The translations under genes were made by a program, and so were the position numbers. Positions 12,301 through 23,776 of a stretch of 64,000 nt of DNA are shown piece by piece (within the stretch, counting starts at the first letter, position 1; every line of letters starts with the position of its first letter). This DNA is from Eledone cirrhosa (lineage: Eukaryota), in assembly GCA_964016885.1 (NCBI GenBank), contig OZ024744.1:372001-436000 (forward strand). Reading direction: 5' to 3'. The notes beneath the pieces are model-generated. The model was not told where the DNA came from and ran no database searches. It saw nothing but the letters and a program-made list of their open reading frames with translations.

Positions 12301-15300
12301 CTCAAAACGTCGTTCTTAACCAAGCTATCTTTCTCTACCTTGTCTTCCCACAAAACTTCGTTCTTCATCAAGCTATCTTTCTCTACCTTGTCTTCCCTCA
12401 AAACGTCGTTCTTCACCAAGATATCTTTCTCTACCTTGTCTTCCCCCAAAACTTCGTTCTTCACCAAGCTATCTTTCTCTACCTTGTCTACCCCCAAAAC
12501 TTCGTTCTTCACCAAGCTATCTTTCTCTACCCTGTCTTCCCCCAAAACTTCGTTCCTCACCAAGCTATCTTTCTCTACCTTGTCTTCCCTCAAAACGTCG
12601 TTCGTAACCAAGCTATCTTTCTCTACCTTGTCTTCCCTCAAAATTTCGTTCTTCACCAAGCTATCTTTCTCTACCTTGTCTTCCCTCAAAACTTCGTTCT
12701 TCACCAAGCTATCTTTCCCTACCTTATTTTCCCCCAAAACTCCGTTCTTCACCAAACTATCTTTCTCTACCTTGTCTTTCCTCAAAACTTCGTTCTTCAC
12801 CAAGCTATCTTTCTCTATCTTGTCTTCCCTCAAAACTCCGTTCTTCATCAAGCTATCGTTCTCTACTTTGTCTTCCCTCGAAACGTCGTTCTTCACCAAG
12901 CTATCTTTCTCTACCTTGTCTTCCCTCAAAACTTCGTTCGTTCTTCACCAAGCTATCTTTCTCTACCTTGTCTTCCCCCAAAACTTCGTTCTTCACAAGC
13001 TATCCTTCTCTACCTTGTCTTCCCTCAAAACTTCGTTCTTCACCAAGCTATCTTTCTCTACCTTGTCTTCCCTCAAAACTTCGTTCTTGATCAAGCTATC
13101 TTTCTATTCCTTGTCTTCCCTCAAAATTCGTTCTTCACCAAGCTATCTTTCTCTACTTTGTCTTTCCTCAAAACATCGTTCGTTCTTCATCAAGCTATCT
13201 TTCTCTATCTTGTCTTCCCTCAAGACTTCGTTCGTCACCAAGCTATCTTTCTCTACATTGTCTTCCCCCAAAACTTCGTTCTTCATCAAGCTATCTTTCT
13301 CTACCTTGTCTTCCCACAAAACGTCGTTCTTCACCAAGCTATCTTTCCCTACCTTGTCTTCCCTCAAAACGTCGTTCTTCACCAAGCTATCTTTCTCTAC
13401 CCATTCTTCTCTCAAAACTTCGTTCTTCACCAAGCTCTCTTTCTCTACCTTGTCTTCCCTCAAAACTTCGTTCTTCACCAGGCTATCTTTCTCAACCCTG
13501 TCTTCCCCCAAAACTTCGTTCCTCACCAAGCTATCTTTCTCTACCTTGTCTTCCCTCAAAACTTCGTTCTTCACCAAGCTATCTTTCTCTACCTTTTTTT
13601 CCCCCAAAACTCCGTTCTTCACCAAACTATCTTTCTCTACCTTGTCTTCCCTCAAAACTTCGTTCTTCACCAAGCTATCTTTCTCTATCTTGTCTTCCCT
13701 CAAAACTCCGTTCTTCATCAAGCTATCGTTCTCTACTTTGTCTTCCCTCGAAACGTCGTTCGTCACCAAGCTATCTTTCTCTACCTTGTCTTCCCTCAAA
13801 ACTTCGTTCGTTCTTCACCAAGCTATCTTTCTCTAACTTGTCTTCCCCCAAAACTTCGTTCTTCACAAGCTATCCTTCTCTACCTTGTCTTCCTTCAAAA
13901 CTTCGTTCTTCACCAAGCTATCTTTCTCTACCTTGTCTTCCCTCAAAACTTCGTTCTTGATCAAGCTATCTTTCTATACCTTGTCTTCCATCAAAACTTC
14001 GTTCTTCACCAAGCTATCTTTCTCTACCTTGTCTTCCCTCAAAACTTCGTTCTTCACCAAGCTATCTTTCTCTATCTTGTCTTCCCTCAAAACTCCGTTC
14101 TTCATCAAGCTATCGTTCTCTACTTTGTCTTCCCTCAAAACGTCGTTCTTCACCAAGCTATCTTTCTCTACCTTGTCTTCCCTCAAAACTTCGTTCGTTC
14201 TTCACCAAGCTATCTTTCTCTACCTTGTCTTCCCTCAAAACTTCGTTATTCACCAAGCTATCTTTCTCTACCTTGTCTTCCCTCAAAACTTCGTTCTTCA
14301 CCAAGCTATCTTTCTCTACCTTGTCTTCCCTCAAAACTTCGTTCTTCACCAAGCTATCTTTCTCTACCTTGTCTTCCCCCAGAACATCGTTCTTCACCAA
14401 GCTATCTTTCTCTACCTTCTCTTCCCTCAAAACTTCGTTATTCACCAAGCTATATTTCTCTACCTTGCCTTCCTGCAAAACTTCGTTCTTCATCAAGCTA
14501 TCTTTCTCTACTTTGTCTTCCCTCAAAACATCGTTCGTTCTTCATCAAGCTATCTTTCTCTACCTTGTCTTCCCTCAAGACTTCGTTCGTCACCAAGCTA
14601 TCTTTCTCTACATTGTCTTCCCCCAAAACTTCGTTCTTCACCAAGCTATCTTTCTCTACCTTGTCTACCCCCAAAACTTCGTTCTTCACCAAGCTATCTT
14701 TCTCTACCTTGTCTTCCCACAAAACTTCGTTCTTCACCAAGCTATCTCTCTCTACCTTGTCTTCCCACAAAACGTCGTTCTTCACCAAGCTATCTTTCGC
14801 TACCTTGTCTTCCCTCAAAACGTCGTTCTTCACCAAGCTATCTTTCTCTACCCATTCTTCTCTTAAAACTTCGTTCTTCACCAAGCTCTCTTTCTCTACC
14901 TTGTCTTCCCTCAAAACTTCGTTCTTCACCAAGCTATCTTTCTCTACCCTGTCTTCCCCCAAAACTTCGTTCCTCACCAAGCTATCTTTATCTACCTTGT
15001 CTTCCCTCAAAACTTCGTTCTTCACCAAGCTATCTTTCTCTACCTTGTCTACCCTCAAAATTTCGTTCTTCACCAAGCTATCTTTCTCTACCTTGTCTTC
15101 CCTCAAAACTTCGTTCTTCACCAAGCTATCTTTCCCTACCTTTTTTTCCCCCAAAACTCCGTTCTTCACCAAGCTATCTTTCTCTATCTTGTCTTCCCTC
15201 AAAACTCCGTTCTTCATCAAGCTATCGTTCTCTACTTTGTCTTCCCTCGAAACGTCGTTCTTCACCAAGCTATCTTTCTCTACCTTGTCTTCCCTCAAAA

Positions 15301-15806
15301 CTTCGTTCATTCTTCACCAAGCTATCTTTCTCTACCTTGTCTTCCCCCAAAACTTCGTTCTTCACAAGCTATCCTTCTCTACCTTGTCTTCCCTCAAAAC
15401 TTCGTTCTTCACCAAGCTATCTTTCTCTACTTTGTCTTCCCTCAAAACTTCGTTCTTGATCAAGCTATCTTTCTATTCCTTGTCTTCCCTCAAAACTTCG
15501 TTCTTCACCAAGCTATCTTTCTCTACTTCGTCTTCCCTCAAAACATCGTTCGTTCTTCATCAAGCTATCTTTCTCTATCTTGTCTTCCCTCAAGACTTCG
15601 TTCGTCACCAAGCTATATTTCTCTACATTGCCTTCCCCCAAAACTTCGTTCTTCATCAAGCTATCTTTCTCTACCTTGTCTTCCCACAAAACGTCGTTCT
15701 TCACCAAGCTATCTTTCCCTACCTTGTCTTCCCTCAAAACGTCGTTCTTCACCAAGCTATCTTTCTCTACCCATTCTTCTCTCAAAACTTCGTTCTTCAC
15801 CAAGCT
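341..15806. repeat. Near-identical tandem duplication, period 7732 bp (copies ~341-8074 and ~8073-15806)
   Basis: ORF track repeats at a constant +7732 offset (916/8648, 1403/9135, 2341/10073, 4464/12196, 5426/13158, 6766/14498, 7781/15513). Private variants are shared, e.g. TCCATTC at 1054/8786. By eye I found differences only at 6747 G/14479 A and 7732 A/15464 G. Confidence 0.95.
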
Positions 15807-18630
15807 CTCTTTCTCTACCTTGTCTTCCCTCAAAACTTCGTTCTTCACCAGGCTATCTTTCTCAACCCTGTCTTCCCCCAAAACTTCGTTCCTCACCAAG
15901 CTATCTTTCTCTACCTTGTCTTCCCTCAAAACTTCGTTCTTCACCAAGCTATCTTTCTCTACCTTTTTTTCCCCCAAAACTCCGTTCTTCACCAAACTAT
16001 CTTTCTCTACCTTGTCTTCCCTCAAAACTTCGTTCTTCACCAAGCTATCTTTCTCTATCTTGTCTTCCCTCAAAACTCCGTTCTTCATCAAGCTATCGTT
16101 CTCTACTTTGTCTTCCCTCGAAACGTCGTTCGTCACCAAGCTATCTTTCTCTACCTTGTCTTCCCTCAAAACTTCGTTCGTTCTTCACCAAGCTATCTTT
16201 CTCTAACTTGTCTTCCCCCAAAACTTCGTTCTTCACAAGCTATCCTTCTCTACCTTGTCTTCCTTCAAAACTTCGTTCTTCACCAAGCTATCTTTCTCTA
16301 CCTTGTCTTCCCTCAAAACTTCGTTCTTGATCAAGCTATCTTTCTATACCTTGTCTTCCATCAAAACTTCGTTCTTCACCAAGCTATCTTTCTCTACCTT
16401 GTCTTCCCTCAAAACTTCGTTCTTCACCAAGCTATCTTTCTCTATCTTGTCTTCCCTCAAAACTCCGTTCTTCATCAAGCTATCGTTCTCTACTTTGTCT
16501 TCCCTCAAAACGTCGTTCTTCACCAAGCTATCTTTCTCTACCTTGTCTTCCCTCAAAACTTCGTTCGTTCTTCACCAAGCTATCTTTCTCTACCTTGTCT
16601 TCCCTCAAAACTTCGTTATTCACCAAGCTATCTTTCTCTACCTTGTCTTCCCTCAAAACTTCGTTCTTCACCAAGCTATCTTTCTCTACCTTGTCTTCCC
16701 TCAAAACTTCGTTCTTCACCAAGCTATCTTTCTCTACCTTGTCTTCCCCCAGAACATCGTTCTTCACCAAGCTATCTTTCTCTACCTTCTCTTCCCTCAA
16801 AACTTCGTTATTCACCAAGCTATATTTCTCTACCTTGCCTTCCTGCAAAACTTCGTTCTTCATCAAGCTATCTTTCTCTACTTTGTCTTCCCTCAAAACA
16901 TCGTTCGTTCTTCATCAAGCTATCTTTCTCTACCTTGTCTTCCCTCAAGACTTCGTTCGTCACCAAGCTATCTTTCTCTACATTGTCTTCCCCCAAAACT
17001 TCGTTCTTCACCAAGCTATCTTTCTCTACCTTGTCTACCCCCAAAACTTCGTTCTTCACCAAGCTATCTTTCTCTACCTTGTCTTCCCACAAAACTTCGT
17101 TCTTCACCAAGCTATCTCTCTCTACCTTGTCTTCCCACAAAACGTCGTTCTTCACCAAGCTATCTTTCGCTACCTTGTCTTCCCTCAAAACGTCGTTCTT
17201 CACCAAGCTATCTTTCTCTACCCATTCTTCTCTTAAAACTTCGTTCTTCACCAAGCTCTCTTTCTCTACCTTGTCTTCCCTCAAAACTTCGTTCTTCACC
17301 AAGCTATCTTTCTCTACCCTGTCTTCCCCCAAAACTTCGTTCCTCACCAAGCTATCTTTATCTACCTTGTCTTCCCTCAAAACTTCGTTCTTCACCAAGC
17401 TATCTTTCTCTACCTTGTCTACCCTCAAAATTTCGTTCTTCACCAAGCTATCTTTATCTACCTTGTCTTCCCTCAAAACTTCGTTCTTCACCAAGCTATC
17501 TTTCCCTACCTTTTTTTCCCCCAAAACTCCGTTCTTCACCAAGCTATCTTTCTCTATCTTGTCTTCCCTCAAAACTCCGTTCTTCATCAAGCTATCGTTC
17601 TCTACTTTGTCTTCCCTCGAAACGTCGTTCTTCACCAAGCTATCTTTCTCTACCTTGTCTTCCCTCAAAACTTCGTTCATTCTTCACCAAGCTATCTTTC
17701 TCTACCTTGTCTTCCCCCAAAACTTCGTTCTTCACAAGCTATCCTTCTCTACCTTGTCTTCCCTCAAAACTTCGTTCTTCACCAAGCTATCTTTCTCTAC
17801 TTTGTCTTCCCTCAAAACTTCGTTCTTGATCAAGCTATCTTTCTATTCCTTGTCTTCCCTCAAAACTTCGTTCTTCACCAAGCTATCTTTCTCTACTTCG
17901 TCTTCCCTCAAAACATCGTTCGTTCTTCATCAAGCTATCTTTCTCTATCTTGTCTTCCCTCAAGACTTCGTTCGTCACCAAGCTATATTTCTCTACATTG
18001 CCTTCCCCCAAAACTTCGTTCTTCATCAAGCTATCTTTCTCTACCTTGTCTTCCCACAAAACGTCGTTCTTCACCAAGCTATCTTTCCCTACCTTGTCTT
18101 CCCTCAAAACGTCGTTCTTCACCAAGCTATCTTTCTCTACCCATTCTTCTCTCAAAACTTCGTTCTTCACCAAGCTCTCTTTCTCTACCTTGTCTTCCCT
18201 CAAAACTTCGTTCTTCACCAGGCTATCTTTCTCAACCCTGTCTTCCCCCAAAACTTCGTTCCTCACCAAGCTATCTTTCTCTACCTTGTCTTCCCTCAAA
18301 ACTTCGTTCTTCACCAAGCTATCTTTCTCTACCTTTTTTTCCCCCAAAACTCCGTTCTTCACCAAACTATCTTTCTCTACCTTGTCTTCCCTCAAAACTT
18401 CGTTCTTCACCAAGCTATCTTTCTCTATCTTGTCTTCCCTCAAAACTCCGTTCTTCATCAAGCTATCGTTCTCTACTTTGTCTTCCCTCGAAACGTCGTT
18501 CGTCACCAAGCTATCTTTCTCTACCTTGTCTTCCCTCAAAACTTCATTCGTTCTTCACCAAGCTATCTTTCTCTAACTTGTCTTCCCCCAAAACTTCGTT
18601 CTTCACAAGCTATCCTTCTCTACCTTGTCT
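13270..18630. repeat. Higher-order repeat, period 2370 bp (~49 monomers), ~2.3 tandem copies; a further copy lies at ~5540-7900
   Basis: ORF offsets of 2370 at 13143/15513/17883, 13885/16255, 14225/16595, 14498/16868 and 15580/17950. Shared markers include TCCTTCAAAA, CCCAGAACATC, TTGCCTTCCTGC and CTTTATCTAC. Confidence 0.92.
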
Positions 18631-19214
18631 TCCCTCAAAACTTCGTTCTTCACCAAGCTATCTTTCCCTACCTTTTTTTCCCCCAAAACTCCGTTCTTCA
18701 CCAAACTATCTTTCTCTACCTTGTCTTTCCTCAAAACTTCGTTCTTCACCAAGCTATCTTTCTCTATCTTGTCTTCCCTCAAAACTCCGTTCTTCATCAA
18801 GCTATCGTTCTCTACTTTGTCTTCCCTCGAAACGTCGTTCTTCACCAAGCTATCTTTCTCTACCTTGTCTTCCCTCAAAACTTCGTTCGTTCTTCACCAA
18901 GCTATCTTTCTCTACCTTGTCTTCCCCCAAAACTTCGTTCTTCACAAGCTATCCTTCTCTACCTTGTCTTCCCTCAAAACTTCGTTCTTCACCAAGCTAT
19001 CTTTCTCTACTTTGTCTTCCCTCAAAACTTCGTTCTTGATCAAGCTATCTTTCTATTCCTTGTCTTCCCTCAAAACTTCGTTCTTCACCAAGCTATCTTT
19101 CTCTACTTTGTCTTCCCTCAAAACATCGTTCGTTCTTCATCAAGCTATCTTTCTCTATCTTGTCTTCCCTCAAGACTTCGTTCGTCACCAAGCTATATTT
19201 CTCTACATTGTCTT

Positions 19215-20560
19215 CCCCCAAAACTTCGTTCTTCATCAAGCTATCTTTCTCTACCTTGTCTTCCCACAAAACGTCGTTCTTCACCAAGCTATCTTTCCCT
19301 ACCTTGTCTTCCCTCAAAACGTCGTTCTTCACCAAGCTATCTTTCTCTACCCATTCTTCTCTCAAAACTTCGTTCTTCACCAAGCTCTCTTTCTCTACCT
19401 TGTCTTCCCTCAAAACTTCGTTCTTCACCAGGCTATCTTTCTCAACCCTGTCTTCCCCCAAAACTTCGTTCCTCACCAAGCTATCTTTCTCTACCTTGTC
19501 TTCCCTCAAAACTTCGTTCTTCACCAAGCTATCTTTCTCTACCTTTTTTTCCCCCAAAACTCCGTTCTTCACCAAACTATCTTTCTCTACCTTGTCTTCC
19601 CTCAAAACTTCGTTCTTCACCAAGCTATCTTTCTCTATCTTGTCTTCCCTCAAAACTCCGTTCTTCATCAAGCTATCGTTCTCTACTTTGTCTTCCCTCG
19701 AAACGTCGTTCGTCACCAAGCTATCTTTCTCTACCTTGTCTTCCCTCAAAACTTCGTTCGTTCTTCACCAAGCTATCTTTCTCTAACTTGTCTTCCCCCA
19801 AAACTTCGTTCTTCACAAGCTATCCTTCTCTACCTTGTCTTCCCTCAAAGCTTCGTTCTTCACCAAGCTATCTTTCTCTACCTTGTCTTCCCCCAAAACT
19901 TCGTTCTTCATCAAGCTATCTTTCTCTACCTTGTCTTCCCACAAAACGTCGTTCTTCACCAAGCTATCTTTCCCTACCTTGTCTTCCCTCAAAACGTCGT
20001 TCTTCACCAAGCTATCTTTCTCTACCCATTCTTCTCTCAAAACTTCGTTCTTCACCAAGCTCTCTTTCTCTACCTTGTCTTCCCTCAAAACTTCGTTCTT
20101 CACCAGGCTATCTTTCTCAACCCTGTCTTCCCCCAAAACTTCGTTCCTCACCAAGCTATCTTTCTCTACCTTGTCTTCCCTCAAAACTTCGTTCTTCACC
20201 AAGTTATCTTTCTCTACCTTTTTTTGCCCCAAAACTCCGTTCTTCACCAAACTATCTTTCTCTACCTTGTCTTCCCTCAAAACTTCGTTCTTCACCAAGC
20301 TATCTTTCTCTATCTTGTCTTCCCTCAAAACTCCGTTCTTCATCAAGCTATCGTTCTCTACTTTGTCTTCCCTCGAAACGTCGTTCGTCACCAAGCTATC
20401 TTTCTCTACCTTGTCTTCCCTCAAAACTTCGTTCGTTCTTCACCAAGCTATCTTTCTCTAACTTGTCTTCCCCCAAAACTTCGTTCTTCACAAGCTATCC
20501 TTCTCTACCTTGTCTTCCCTCAAAACTTCGTTCTTCACCAAGCTATCTTTCTCTACCTTG
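19215..20560. repeat. 675-bp (14-mer) tandem duplication
   Basis: The 208-aa ORFs 19160..19786 and 19835..20461 are offset by 675 = 14x48+4-1. The marker order is the same (CCCATTCTTCTCT, CCAGGCT, TTCTCAACCC, CTCTAACTTG). Confidence 0.85.
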
Positions 20561-21139
20561 TCTTCCCTCAAAACTTCGTTCTTGATCAAGCTATCTTTCT
20601 ATACCTTGTCTTCCATCAAAACTTCGTTCTTCACCAAGCTATCTTTCTCTACCTTGTCTTCCCTCAAAACTTCGTTCTTCACCAAGCTATCTTTCTCTAT
20701 CTTGTCTTCCCTCAAAACTCCGTTCTTCATCAAGCTATCGTTCTCTACTTTGTCTTCCCTCAAAACGTCGTTCTTCACCAAGCTATCTTTCTCTACCTTG
20801 TCTTCCCTCAAAACTTCGTTCGTTCTTCACCAGGCTATCTTTCTCTACCCTGTCTTCCCCCAAAACTTCGTTCCTCACCAAGCTATCTTTCTCTACCTTG
20901 TCTTCCCTCAAAACTTCGTTCTTCACCAAGCTATCTTTCTCTACCTTTTTTTCCCCCAAAACTTCGTTCTTCACCAAACTATCTTTCTCTACCTTCTCTT
21001 ACCTCAAAACTTCGTTCTTCACCAAGCTAACTTTCTCTACCTTGTCTTCCCTCAAAACTTCGTTCTTCATCAAGCAATCTTTCTCTACCTTGTCTTCCCT
21101 CAAAACTTCGTTCTTCACCAAGCTATCTTTCTCTACCTT

Positions 21140-23510
21140 GTCTTCCCTCAAAACTTCGTTCTTCACCAAGCTATCTTTCCCTACCTTTTTTTCCCCCAAA
21201 ACTCCGTTCTTCACCAAACTATCTTTCTCTACCTTGTCTTCCCTCAAAACTTCGTTCTTCACCAAGCTATCTTTCTCTATCGTGTCTTCCCTCAAAACTC
21301 CGTTCTTCATCAAGCTATCGTTCTCTACTTTGTCTTCCCTCGAAACGTCGTTCTTCACCAAGCTATCTTTCTCTACCTTGTCTTCCCTCAAAACTTCGTT
21401 CGTTCCTCACCAAGCTATCTTTCTCTACCTTGTCTTCCCCCAAAACTTCGTTCTTCACAAGCTATCTTTCTATACCTTGTCTTCCCTCAAAACTTCGTTC
21501 TTCACCAAGCTATCTTTCTCTACCTTGTCTTCCCTCAAAACTTCGTTCTTGATCAAGCTATCTTTCTCTACCTTGCATTCCCTCAAAACTTCGTTCTTCA
21601 CCAAGCTATCTTTCTCTACCTTGTCTTCCCTCAAAACTTCGTTCTTCACCAAGCTATCTTTCTCTACCTTGTCTTTCCTCAAAACTTCGTTCTTCACCAA
21701 GCTATCTTTCTCTACCTTTTTTCCCCCAAAACTTCGTTCTTCACCAAACTATCTTTCTCTACCTTGTCTTCCCTCAAAACTTCGTTCTTCACCAAGCTAT
21801 CTTTCTCTACCTTGTCTTCCCCCAAAACATCGTTCTTCACCAAGCTATCTTTCTCTACCTTGTCTTCCCTCAAAACTTCGTTATTCACCAAGCTATCTTT
21901 CTCTACCTTGCCTTCCTGCAAAACTTCGTTCTCCATCAAGCTATCTTTCTCTACTTTGTCTTCCCTCAAAACGTCGTTCTTCACCAAGCTATCTTTCTCT
22001 ACCTTGTCTTCCCTCAAAACTCCGTTCGTTCTTCACCAAGCTATCTTTCTCTACATTGTCTTCCCCCAAGACTTCGTTCTTCACAAGCTATCCTTCTCTA
22101 CCTTGTCTTCCCTCAAAACTTCGTTCTTCACCAAGCTATCTTTCTCTACCTTGTCTTCCCTCAAAACTTCGTTCTTCACCAAGCTATATTTCTCTACTTT
22201 GTCTTCCCTCAACACATCGTTCGTTCTTCATCAAGCTATCTTTCTCTACCTTGTCTTCCCTCAAGACTTCGTTCGTCACCAAGCTATCTTTCTCTACATT
22301 GTCTTCCCTCAAAACTTCGTTCTTCACCAAGCTATCTTTCCCTACCTTTTTTTCCCCCAAAACTCCGTTCTTCACCAAACTATCTTTCTCTACCTTGTCT
22401 TCCCTCAAAACTTCGTTCTTCACCAAGCTATCTTTCTCTATCGTGTCTTCCCTCAAAACTCCGTTCTTCATCAAGCTATCGTTCTCTACTTTGTCTTCCC
22501 TCGAAACGTCGTTCTTCACCAAGCTATCTTTCTCTACCTTGTCTTCCCTCAAAACTTCGTTCGTTCCTCACCAAGATATCTTTCTCTACCTTGTCTTCCC
22601 CCAAAACTTCGTTCTTCACAAGCTATCTTTCTATACCTTGTCTTCCCTCAAAACTTCGTTCTTCACCAAGCTATCTTTCTCTACCTTGTCTTCCCTCAAA
22701 ACTTCGTTCTTGATCAAGCTATCTTTCTCTACCTTGCATTCCCTCAAAACTTCGTTCTTCACCAAGCTATCTTTCTCTACCTTGTCTTCCCTCAAAACTT
22801 CGTTCTTCACCAAGCTATCTTTCTCTACCTTGTCTTTCCTCAAAACTTCGTTCTTCACCAAGCTATCTTTCTCTACCTTTTTTCCCCCAAAACTTCGTTC
22901 TTCACCAAACTATCTTTCTCTACCTTGTCTTCCCTCAAAACTTCGTTCTTCACCAAGCTAACTTTCTCTATCTTGTCTTCCCTCAAAACTTCGTTCTTCA
23001 CCAAGCTATCTTTCTCTACCTTGTCTTCCCCCAAAACATCGTTCTTCACCAAGCTATCTTTCTCTACCTTGTCTTCCCTCAAAACTTCGTTATTCACCAA
23101 GCTATCTTTCTCTACCTTGCCTTCCTGCAAAACTTCGTTCTCCATCAAGCTATCTTTCTCTACTTTGTCTTCCCTCAAAACGTCGTTCTTCACCAAGCTA
23201 TCTTTCTCTACCTTGTCTTCCCTCAAAACTCCGTTCGTTCTTCACCAAGCTATCTTTCTCTACATTGTCTTCCCCCAAGACTTCGTTCTTCACAAGCTAT
23301 CCTTCTCTACTTTGTCTTCCCTCAAAACTTCGTTCTTCACCAAGCTATCTTTCTCTACCTTGTCTTCCCTCAAAACTTCGTTCTTCACCAAGCTATATTT
23401 CTCTACTTTGTCTTCCCTCAACACATCGTTCGTTCTTCATCAAGCTATCTTTCTCTACCTTGTCTTCCCTCAAGACTTCGTTCGTCACCAAGCTATCTTT
23501 CTCTACATTG
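21140..23510. repeat. ~1.16/1.21-kb tandem duplication (second copy has one extra monomer)
   Basis: Offsets are 1161 (21470/22631, 21712/22873) and then 1209 (22017/23226, 22184/23393). Private markers TATCGTGTC, TTCTCCATC and CAACACATCG are seen only in these two copies. Confidence 0.88.
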
Positions 23511-23776
23511 TCTTCCCCCAAAACTTCGTTCTTCATCAAGCTATCTTTCTCTACCTTGTCTACCCCCAAAACTTCGTTCTTCACCAAGCTATCTTTCTCT
23601 ACCTTGTCTTCCCACAAAACTTCGTTCTTCACCAAGCTATCTTTCTCTACCTTGTCTTCCCACAAAACGTCGTTCTTCACCAAGCTATCTTTCCCTACCT
23701 TGTCTTCCCTCAAAACGTCGTTCTTCACCAAGCTATCTTTCTCTACCCATTCTTCTCTCAAAACTTCGTTCTTCAC

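Noticed and set aside
13158-20585. Very long + strand ORFs (up to 2475 aa; also 35392..41541, 37853..44044 and others)
   Set aside because: All three + frames of the 48-bp consensus lack stops because the strand is poor in A and G. The ORFs overlap in all frames, switch among the three repeat peptides at indels, mostly begin at non-ATG (TTG) codons, and contain no non-repetitive domain.
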